Positions 8,687-15,749 of a stretch of DNA of 32,000 nucleotides are shown here, piece by piece. Every line of letters begins with the position of its first letter. Position 1 is the stretch's first letter. The DNA comes from Solitalea koreensis (GTDB lineage: Bacteria; Bacteroidota; Bacteroidia; Sphingobacteriales; Sphingobacteriaceae): assembly GCF_900182575.1 (NCBI RefSeq), contig NZ_FXSZ01000002.1, positions 263,501 to 295,500 of the forward strand. Reading direction: 5' to 3'. The position numbers and the translations under genes are program-made. The notes under the pieces were generated by a model that had not been told where the DNA came from, made no database searches, and saw only the letters and a list, made by a program, of their open reading frames with translations.

Positions 8687-11362
8687 TTATTTATCAACTG
8701 TAACAATATCCCTAACCCGAATATCTTTTGAAGATGCCCCAATCATAATTCTAAATTCACCGGGTTCAACTACCCACTGCATCTGCTCATTTAGCATTTT
8801 TAACAGGTCGGGGGTAATCGTAAATGTAACTTCTTTTGTTTCTCCTGGTTTTAAATGAATACGTTGAAAACCTTTCAACTCTTTAAGAGGACGAGCCACT
8901 GATGACACCAAGTCGCGAATGTACAGCTGTACCACTTCGTCGCCTTCTCGTGTTCCGATATTTTTTATCGTGCAATAAACTACAGTTGATTCATTTTTAG
9001 AAAAATGCTGTTTATCAAAACGCAGATTACTGTATGCAAATTTAGTATAGCTTAATCCGAAGCCAAACGGAAATAAGGGTTGACCGGTAAGGTTGACATA
9101 ATCATCGGTGCGTCCGGTGGGTTTATGATTGTACACTAAAGGTAACTGCCCCTCGGCTATAGGAAAAGTAATTGGCAAGCGGCCGGCAGGATTGTAATCA
9201 CCAAATAACACATCGGCTAAGGCATTTCCTCCTTCTTCTCCCGGATACCATGCATCTACAACTGAAGAAACATTATTGATCCATTTGGTCATGGTAATGG
9301 CACTACCACCAATTAGAACCACCACCACAGGTTTGCCGGTCGCGGCAATTCTATTAATCATTTCTTCCTGATAACCGGGTAAATTTAAATAAGCCCTGTC
9401 GAGTGATTCTCCTTCTTCAATACCGGTTACAACAACAGCTACATCCGATTTTTGAGCCGTTGCCACTGCATCATCAATTTTCTGTTGCCAATCATTAGGC
9501 ACACCGATATTCCAAATAAGCTTAAACCACGCTGAACCCGAAGACTCAAAAAATTCTACACGGATATCATATTCCTTGTCTTTTTCAAAATAATAGTCGG
9601 TTAATAAGGTACTGTATGTTTGGCTTTTCCAATTATCAATTATTAGTTTTCCATTCAAATAAAGCCGATAACCATCGTTACCATCCAGTCCAATCTTAAA
9701 TTTACCTGTTGCCGGTGCTTTTAATTTACCTGTCCATTTAACCGAATAGAAATCATAATTAATGTCTGGGTGAGGAGAATACAGGGTCCAGCGAAAATTC
9801 ATTTTTTTATCCACCCTGGTCACTACCGGTTTACCATTTAAGGCAATATTGTTGAAATATTCACCCAATAAACCATTCTCTGTTTTTCCGTTTGCGCTTA
9901 CAGATAAATTTGCTGATGGCACCGTAACCCATTCATCCGATTGGCGGCCGCAACCAGGGGAATACAGTACATTGCTTGTTTTATTTAACTTATTTTTAAT
10001 ACCATCGAGAATACTAATTTTTCCATTGCCAGGTCCGCTGTAACCGCCCAACCTTGCTTCAACGGCATCGGTGCCGATAAGCGCCAATGAATGTATTGAT
10101 TTCTGAAGTGGTAAAACGTTATTATCATTCTTTAATAACACTATGGATTTTAATGCTGCTTCTTTTGCTAATGTTTTGTGAGCCGGATTCCCATTCCATT
10201 TATTCACTTCATTTTCATTTACATACGGATGTTCGAAAAGCCCCAATTGGAATTTAATTGTCAGAACCCGTTTTACGGCTTCATCCATAGTTTTTTGATC
10301 AATTCTGCCATCCAAAAATGGTGGGATAAATAGCTTGTAATGCTCATAATCCGTCTGAAATATGACATCCAATCCATTGTTGATGGCTTTAGCCGAAGCA
10401 TCGGGATAATCGTTTGCTGTAAAATGCAAAACATTGGCACCTCCAACAGCCGAAGCGTCTGAAATTACGAATCCCTTAAAGTTCAATTCTTGTTTCAGTT
10501 TTTTGTTTAACAACCAATCATTTGCAGTACATGGACTTCCATTTAAAGAATTGTAAGAAGTCATTACACTGCGGGATCCTCCTCTTTCGAAACAAGCCTT
10601 AAAAGGTGGAAGATAAATTTCTTCCAGCAAGCGTTCATCGAAATCAATGGGATAACTATCACGGCCGCCATCTCCACTATTAGCTAAAAAATGCTTAGGT
10701 GTAGTAACCACATCCATTTTTTCAAATGGAGAAACGAAAGCTACTCCCATTTCCGATGATAAATAAGGATCCTCCCCATAGGTTTCCTCCACCCTTCCCC
10801 AACGAACATCACTGGCAATATTGACAACAGGGGACAAAATTTGACGAATCCCCCTGCTTTTTGTTTCACGGGCAATGGCTTCGGCTACGCGTCTCATCAA
10901 CGACGTGTCCCACATGGCAGAAAGACCTATGGATTGAGGAAATGCAGTAGCTCCATCCCTGACCAAACCATGCAATGTTTCATCAAAGGCAATTATGGGG
11001 ATGCCTAAGCGTGTTTCTTCTACAAAATAGTTTTGAATAGCGTTAATCTTCCTGGCTGTTTCCAATGCCGTTGCAGAAGAGCTGTAACTAAGCAACTGTC
11101 CGGCGGCATCCGTATTACCCTTGGTACTTACCTGAAATCCAAATATGCCCTTCTGGTATTTTTCCTTTCCTTCTTCCAAATCGCCCGGAATCATGAATAA
11201 TTGCCAAAACTTTTCCTCAGTATTCATTCGTGATAATAAATCCTTTACTCTTTCATCTATGGAAAGCTTAGGGTTTTTATAAGGCAACTTGGCTTGTGAA
11301 AAAGCAGAAAAAGATAAAAATGTGAATAGTATTAAAATGAAGAACCTTTTCTTTTCTATCAT
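8687..11362 (-). CDS. Glycoside hydrolase family 3 beta-glucosidase with inserted PA14 domain
   Basis: 891-aa ORF with a signal-peptide-like N-terminus (FILILFTFLSFSAFSQA). GH3 motifs are present (SDVRWGRVEETYGEDPYL and GFVISDASAV with the nucleophile Asp). A PA14-like insert is present (GLLGEYFNN...YSVKWTGKL...DGYRLYLNGKLIID). Confidence 0.9.
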   Translation of the reverse strand: MIEKKRFFILILFTFLSFSAFSQAKLPYKNPKLSIDERVKDLLSRMNTEEKFWQLFMIPGDLEEGKEKYQKGIFGFQVSTKGNTDAAGQLLSYSSSATALETARKINAIQNYFVEETRLGIPIIAFDETLHGLVRDGATAFPQSIGLSAMWDTSLMRRVAEAIARETKSRGIRQILSPVVNIASDVRWGRVEETYGEDPYLSSEMGVAFVSPFEKMDVVTTPKHFLANSGDGGRDSYPIDFDERLLEEIYLPPFKACFERGGSRSVMTSYNSLNGSPCTANDWLLNKKLKQELNFKGFVISDASAVGGANVLHFTANDYPDASAKAINNGLDVIFQTDYEHYKLFIPPFLDGRIDQKTMDEAVKRVLTIKFQLGLFEHPYVNENEVNKWNGNPAHKTLAKEAALKSIVLLKNDNNVLPLQKSIHSLALIGTDAVEARLGGYSGPGNGKISILDGIKNKLNKTSNVLYSPGCGRQSDEWVTVPSANLSVSANGKTENGLLGEYFNNIALNGKPVVTRVDKKMNFRWTLYSPHPDINYDFYSVKWTGKLKAPATGKFKIGLDGNDGYRLYLNGKLIIDNWKSQTYSTLLTDYYFEKDKEYDIRVEFFESSGSAWFKLIWNIGVPNDWQQKIDDAVATAQKSDVAVVVTGIEEGESLDRAYLNLPGYQEEMINRIAATGKPVVVVLIGGSAITMTKWINNVSSVVDAWYPGEEGGNALADVLFGDYNPAGRLPITFPIAEGQLPLVYNHKPTGRTDDYVNLTGQPLFPFGFGLSYTKFAYSNLRFDKQHFSKNESTVVYCTIKNIGTREGDEVVQLYIRDLVSSVARPLKELKGFQRIHLKPGETKEVTFTITPDLLKMLNEQMQWVVEPGEFRIMIGASSKDIRVRDIVTVDK

Positions 11363-11387
11363 AATTATTTATAAATAGCTATCAATA

Positions 11388-11454
11388 ACAAAGAAAAGCT
11401 ATTTACTGAGAATAAATTTTACCAAACTGTCGAATTAGTAAACGATATTAACAT
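11388..11454 (-). promoter_or_regulatory. Putative promoter/operator of the GH3 gene in the divergent araC intergenic region, copy 2 of the conserved box
   Basis: The box at 11428-11454 (tgtcgaattagtaaacgatattaacat) plus an identically spaced TTTCTTTG-type element (caaagaaa, 11389-11396). On the minus strand the terminal G of that element (11389) lies 27 nt upstream of the GH3 ATG (11362). The box ends 85 nt upstream of the araC ATG on the other strand. Confidence 0.5.
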
Positions 11455-11538
11455 GGTCTTCTATGAAATAATTCACACGAAGTATATAGAATTGAATTAC
11501 AATTTTTTATTTTCATCGGTTCAACCGATAAACCCAAA

Positions 11539-12411
11539 ATGAAACCTCAATTATTAAAAGTAGCCGTTAACCCTACAAATTCATTCAATGCCCGACAGGA
11601 TACGGTTCCATATATGAATAACCGCTGGCATTATCACAAGGAAGTAGAACTTATATATTTTAAGCAAGGTAATGGAACACAGTTTATTGGCGACAGTATT
11701 AAACGTTTTCAATCTGGCGATGTGGTATTAGTAGGGGCTTATTTGCCCCATTACTGGCGATTCGACGATGTTTACTTTGAGGAAAATACGGACGTTACCG
11801 CAGATGTAAGGGTTATACATTTTTGCGAGAATTTTTGGGGTGACCATTTTCTAAATTTACCAGAAAACAACTTAATTAGAACAACACTCGACAAAGCCAA
11901 ACGTGGCATCCAGCTGAGTGGAGAAACGCAGATTGATGTTGGTGAATTACTTAATCAAATTCTTAGTACCGAAGGGCCAAAAAAAATAATTTTACTGATG
12001 GAAGCGCTCATGGCCATTGGCAGCTGCAGCCAGCAAACCTTATTGTCATCTATTGGTTTCCGTCATGATTTTGAACAGTCTGAAAATGACCGGATACATG
12101 CAATTTATGACTTTTCACTCGCCAACTATAAACGTAAAATACAATTGGAAGAAGTAGCTAATATTGCTAATGTGAGTCCTAATTCTTTTTGCAGGTATTT
12201 CAAATCAAGAACCAGAAAAACCTATTCGCAATTCATTAATGAAATAAGGGTGGGCACAGCATGCAAACTTTTGATAGACAATAAAATAAATATTAAACAG
12301 ATTTGTTTTGAAAGCGGCTTCCAGAATTTTGCCAGCTTCCATAAATATTTTAAAATGATAACCGGCAAAAGCCCCTTAAATTATCAGAAAGAATTTTTAC
12401 CTAAAGTATAA
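11539..12411 (+). CDS. AraC-family transcriptional regulator (N-terminal cupin-like sensor, C-terminal double HTH)
   Basis: 290-aa ORF. The C-terminus (LEEVANIANVSPNSFCRYFKSRTRKTYSQFINEIRVGTACKLL...ICFESGFQNFASFHKYFKMITGKSPLNYQ) is a classic AraC/XylS HTH pair. The N-terminus has a cupin-like WHYHKEVELIYF...GD.VLV motif. Confidence 0.9.
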   Translation: MKPQLLKVAVNPTNSFNARQDTVPYMNNRWHYHKEVELIYFKQGNGTQFIGDSIKRFQSGDVVLVGAYLPHYWRFDDVYFEENTDVTADVRVIHFCENFWGDHFLNLPENNLIRTTLDKAKRGIQLSGETQIDVGELLNQILSTEGPKKIILLMEALMAIGSCSQQTLLSSIGFRHDFEQSENDRIHAIYDFSLANYKRKIQLEEVANIANVSPNSFCRYFKSRTRKTYSQFINEIRVGTACKLLIDNKINIKQICFESGFQNFASFHKYFKMITGKSPLNYQKEFLPKV

Positions 12412-12446
12412 TTAAGTGAATGCAACCACCATAATCATTAAAATAA

Positions 12447-12626
12447 ATGAAAGAGCTTACCATTATCTTTTTATTATTCCTTAGCATTGGTTGTAATCAA
12501 CTTAATGGAAATTTCACTTGAAAGATTGCCTATTACAAACAACTACATGCTCAACCCTGGATTAGCGAAGCATCAGATCTGGACGCCAATGGAATCAGTC
12601 TTTCATACCAACTAACAGTAAACTAA
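12447..12626 (+). pseudogene. Possible small lipoprotein gene interrupted by an in-frame TGA (remnant?)
   Basis: ATG at 12447 gives MKELTIIFLLFLSIGC NQLNGNFT, a signal peptide with a lipobox-like SIGC. A TGA at 12519-12521 follows, and the same frame then stays open for 34 more codons to the TAA at 12624-12626. Support is weak because the ORF is short. Confidence 0.25.
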
Positions 12627-12953
12627 TGTTACACTGTTAAAAAACTTTCAGTCAACAGTCTCGTATAACTTTGAGTAGTTGGTATAATAAACACATAGGT
12701 AAACTTATTTAATTTATAAATATATTGTTGATAGTGATAATGGCTACATAAACTTTCTTGTCAGGTCCGAAGATGATGGTACGAAGTAAGGATATAAACC
12801 TCAATTTACTAATGATTATATGGGAAAAGGATTGGATATGGTTCATAACGCTTGTTGTGAAATCGTATTCGCCATTATTAAAAAAGAATAGTTTGTTATG
12901 GATAGCAACCATTCAATTGTTGAACATCAAATTGAATATTTTAAACTATAATC

Positions 12954-12977
12954 AAAAAAGGGAGCAAAAGGCTCCCT
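12954..12977 (-). terminator. Rho-independent terminator of the orphan two-ORF module
   Basis: The minus strand reads GGGAGC-CTTTT-GCTCCC followed by TTTTTT, starting 7 nt after the stop codon at 12984-12986. Confidence 0.8.
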
Positions 12978-12983
12978 TTAATA

Positions 12984-13796
12984 TTAACTTAAATCAAGAA
13001 TTAAGAAACACTCTCGACACTTAACTTCTATATTCGCTTTTACGTATGTATCCACCGTAAGACTTAATAATAAACTTCCGATTGCATCTCCTTTAGTTTT
13101 TTCCCTGAATCTTTCTGAATTTTTATACTTATTTTCATATAATTCTTCCGCTTTTCCCGCATCAATCTCTGAAATTGTTAAAGCAAATTCCAAATTCTGA
13201 TCGGCTGATTCCAATAGAACTTTCAGACCTGATGAAATATTACAAATAATAACTTTCTCATCTATGATTTGATTTGCGAAAATCATAATCGGAATCTCTT
13301 TAAAAGTTCCAACTACATGAAAAGGATAAGGTGAAAAATTTTCATTTCGAAATGCAATAAAATCTTTATTATTTACTAATTCACCTTGAATACCAAAATA
13401 AAATTGATTGGACATAATTATCAATTCTGGTAAGTTATTCTTGAAATTCTTGAGATATAGTTCAAGGTTTTCTAAAATACTTTTTCTTGTTTTCTTAACA
13501 AAAACACCGTTTTTGATGATATTATCAAAAACGTCTTTTTCAAATAATCTACTAACTTGACTACCTATATTAGAAGGTATGTAGATTTCTTGAGCATCAT
13601 CAATAAAGAATTTTCTAGACTCAAAAAGAGTACTCCCCAGCCTCCCTAGACCGTTAACGTCATCAATTGCACTATAGGAAATATTATCTTTCGAGAAGTA
13701 TCTAATTGCTTTTAAAAGTTTATCACTCCTTTTCCATAGCTCCAAATTGGTATTTATGAACCTATTGATTTTTTGAGCAGATAAGGCTTTTTCCAA
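12984..13796 (-). CDS. Hypothetical protein (270 aa from a TTG start). The reading frame is actually open for 61 further codons upstream, to 13979.
   Basis: ORF-track entry. The annotated start is TTG (caa on plus, 13794-13796). It is Ile/Asn/Lys/Phe-rich and AT-rich, and I recognise no catalytic motif. The upstream in-frame extension (ITRCNIYISKSLVSTINENNENKIKWAEFLKIDNIDEAILRVNEIINKLDKRKEAIIEKDA) has no ATG/GTG/TTG and no stop codon. Confidence 0.6.
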   Translation of the reverse strand: MEKALSAQKINRFINTNLELWKRSDKLLKAIRYFSKDNISYSAIDDVNGLGRLGSTLFESRKFFIDDAQEIYIPSNIGSQVSRLFEKDVFDNIIKNGVFVKKTRKSILENLELYLKNFKNNLPELIIMSNQFYFGIQGELVNNKDFIAFRNENFSPYPFHVVGTFKEIPIMIFANQIIDEKVIICNISSGLKVLLESADQNLEFALTISEIDAGKAEELYENKYKNSERFREKTKGDAIGSLLLSLTVDTYVKANIEVKCRECFLILDLS

Positions 13797-13942
13797 GGCA
13801 TCTTTTTCAATTATGGCTTCTTTACGTTTATCTAATTTATTTATTATCTCGTTTACTCTTAATATTGCTTCATCAATATTATCAATTTTGAGAAATTCTG
13901 CCCATTTAATTTTATTCTCATTATTCTCATTTATTGTAGATA

Positions 13943-15508
13943 CTAAACTCTTTGATATATATATATTACATCTTGTGATTTAGATTCTGTTAAAAGTTTA
14001 TCTAATGCCTTATCTCCATATTTAGAAGACACAATCTGATTTTTCAAAATGGAAATTACAAAACCCAAAATGATGAAGTGATCAGTATAAAGCATACTAT
14101 ACGCTTGACCATTTAATCTCTTCTCAGAATTCCAAATCCAATCATTCCAATTAAAGTAACTATCTTTTTTCTCTAAATAATAAAGTGTTTTTTCGAAAAG
14201 GTAGTTTAGGCGAGTTTCACTTAAACTATTATCAAATTCTAGTAATGTAATAATATTATCAGGAACCTTTTCAAACTCAATATTCTGATAAATTTTAAAG
14301 CATAACCAATAGTAATTATAAGAAGCAATGGCGTTAAAATCGAAATAAATTGACTGCCATAACTTATATTCCGATTCTTCCGATTCGCTTAATTCATCGA
14401 ATATTATTTTACTCTCAAATGAATCATATCTTCTAAAAACTTCCGCTTTAGTCATAGAAATTTCATTCAGAATATTTTCTAAACTGTTGAAATCACCTTT
14501 TTCGATTAAAATTTTTATTGTTTCACTAAAATCAATCAATAATGGCTGGATTAACTCTTGGTGTTGAGTAGAAATCTTAACATCATCTTTATAAATAATA
14601 TTAAAATCTATAATTTCTCTAATTCTCAAAAAAAAGTCATCAACAACTTCATACCCCAATTTTTGATCATCTAGTTTTAAATATATTCTTCTCGGAAGAC
14701 CGGATAAAATATATAAAATAAGCGGTCTATTATGATTTAATGCATATACAATGCATTTGTAGTAAAATGTCAATAATACGGAAAGAATATCTGATCTATT
14801 ATTTTTATAGGTATCCACAAAAAACAAGGGGTGCTTATCAAATAATCTTAAGGAGAAAGATGGTTCATTAGGCTCTTCTAATATTCTTAAATAAGCATTT
14901 AAATTTTTATCAAGTAATCCTTGGTCATTTTGAAATAATGAATTACTTGTTTTTAGTAGAAACTCTTCTGATAATCTAGTTTTTATTCTCTCATTATGTT
15001 TATTACCAGTGGCAACAGACACTACATATGATACATATAAATCATTTAAATAATCAGCATCTAAGAACTTAAATACTCTTTGAAAAATTATAATTAAAAA
15101 AACTAGAAATAATACAAATGCATAAACTCCAGCATTAATTAACTTAATAAAAAATATGTCAGAAATAAATGAATTATCATTTCCAACTAAAATGAAAATA
15201 GATAAAGGGATAACGTTTAGGATTACGAAATAAAATAAGGAGAAAAAATATGATTCCTTAAATACTAAAAGAAGAATGCTTTGATCATTCTTCAATTGTA
15301 CAATTGAAAATATTATTGCAGAAATAGCAAGAGATATTGTCAAAATTGTAATGAAATTAGTGTTAAGATCCTTAGCAAGATCATATGCTTCAGATCGAGT
15401 CAGGTGAAAAACTTCTATCCATTCAATGGATATACAGGATATTAAGTAAAAGCAAACAATAAAAAGAAGAATTGAAAAAATAGATTTTTCAGATTTAAGA
15501 AATTCCAT
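13943..15508 (-). CDS. Hypothetical membrane protein: about four N-terminal TM helices plus a ~370-aa predicted helical soluble region
   Basis: 521-aa ORF with an ATG start. Hydrophobic segments lie at about residues 9-29, 52-72, 86-108 and 121-143 (SIFSILLFIVCFYLISCISI, FITILTISLAISAIIFSIVQL, YFFSLFYFVILNVIPLSIFILVG, IKLINAGVYAFVLFLVFLIIIF). The DNA is very AT-rich and I recognise no family signature. Confidence 0.7.
   Translation of the reverse strand: MEFLKSEKSIFSILLFIVCFYLISCISIEWIEVFHLTRSEAYDLAKDLNTNFITILTISLAISAIIFSIVQLKNDQSILLLVFKESYFFSLFYFVILNVIPLSIFILVGNDNSFISDIFFIKLINAGVYAFVLFLVFLIIIFQRVFKFLDADYLNDLYVSYVVSVATGNKHNERIKTRLSEEFLLKTSNSLFQNDQGLLDKNLNAYLRILEEPNEPSFSLRLFDKHPLFFVDTYKNNRSDILSVLLTFYYKCIVYALNHNRPLILYILSGLPRRIYLKLDDQKLGYEVVDDFFLRIREIIDFNIIYKDDVKISTQHQELIQPLLIDFSETIKILIEKGDFNSLENILNEISMTKAEVFRRYDSFESKIIFDELSESEESEYKLWQSIYFDFNAIASYNYYWLCFKIYQNIEFEKVPDNIITLLEFDNSLSETRLNYLFEKTLYYLEKKDSYFNWNDWIWNSEKRLNGQAYSMLYTDHFIILGFVISILKNQIVSSKYGDKALDKLLTESKSQDVIYIYQRV
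13955..13966. repeat. (AT)6 dinucleotide tract at the frame junction of the two orphan ORFs
   Basis: gATATATATATATtaca on plus, inside the last codons of the 521-aa ORF (…VIYIYQRV*). Removing one AT unit puts the downstream open frame in phase. Confidence 0.9.
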
Positions 15509-15582
15509 AGAAAATATAGATATTCAAGCAATATAGGAAATAATAGAAAAAGAATGTCCCCTATTCCGTCCCCTGAAAATAC

Positions 15583-15617
15583 AAAACCCCTGCAAATACT
15601 TGATTTACAGGGGTTTT
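15583..15617 (-). terminator. Rho-independent terminator downstream of tRNA-Leu (potentially bidirectional hairpin)
   Basis: aaaacccctg(15583-15592) pairs with caggggtttt(15608-15617), and aaat/attt pair further inside the loop. On the minus strand the hairpin is followed by a T-rich run (TTTTGTATTTTC). Confidence 0.7.
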
Positions 15618-15630
15618 AATGATTTTATTG

Positions 15631-15710
15631 TACCCGGAGCCGGAGTCGAACCGGCACGGTTTCCCATCGGTGTTTGAGACCGACGCGTCTACCAATTCCG
15701 CCATCCGGGC
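15631..15710 (-). tRNA. tRNA-Leu (anticodon CAA), class II with long variable arm
   Basis: Minus strand reads GCCCGGA TG GCG GAATTGGTAGA CGC G TCGGT CTCAAAC ACCGA TGGGAAACCGT GCCGG TTCGACT CCGGC TCCGGGT A. The fold was done by hand: a 7-bp acceptor stem (G1·U72 wobble), a 3-bp D stem with GG, the anticodon loop CT-CAA-AC, the T-loop TTCGACT and an 11-nt variable arm. No CCA is encoded. Confidence 0.9.
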
Positions 15711-15749
15711 ATATTTTGCTGATGTTTGGTAGTGACTACCGTTTCATCG

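Noticed and set aside
2046-10043. Short track ORFs at 2046-2267, 3568-3756, 3626-3841, 5659-5868, 6900-7142, 7011-7223 and 9849-10043
   Set aside because: All are embedded in, or antisense to, long CDSs with clear family motifs (SDR, the 735-aa protein, UxaA, FucP, GH3). They are typical shadow ORFs.
12758-13024. 88-aa plus-strand ORF in the AT-rich segment
   Set aside because: It runs straight through the strong minus-strand terminator hairpin and overlaps the 3' end of the 270-aa ORF. It starts at a non-ATG codon and its sequence does not look like protein.
14831-14848. R-x4-H (RLFDKH) in the 521-aa orphan protein, as a possible HEPN RNase motif
   Set aside because: A single six-residue pattern is expected by chance in a 521-aa protein. 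There is no flanking N/D/polar residue conservation that I can evaluate. I did not use it for a functional call, but it is worth checking in a structural model.
12984-15508. Possible identity with Kiwa (a 4-TM KwaA plus DUF4868 KwaB) or another named two-gene defence system
   Set aside because: As I recall it, KwaA is much smaller and essentially only the TM bundle. ORF A carries a ~370-aa extra domain and may be fused to ORF B. I cannot verify any DUF4868-like features by eye, so I left it as unassigned.
12412-15630. Integrase gene or direct repeat of the tRNA-Leu 3' end that would delimit a classical integrative island
   Set aside because: No integrase or recombinase ORF is present. I found no copy of the tRNA 3' segment (tacccggagccggagtcgaacc on the plus strand) near the left border. 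Only a trivial 8-mer (taatgatt) is shared, which is within chance expectation.
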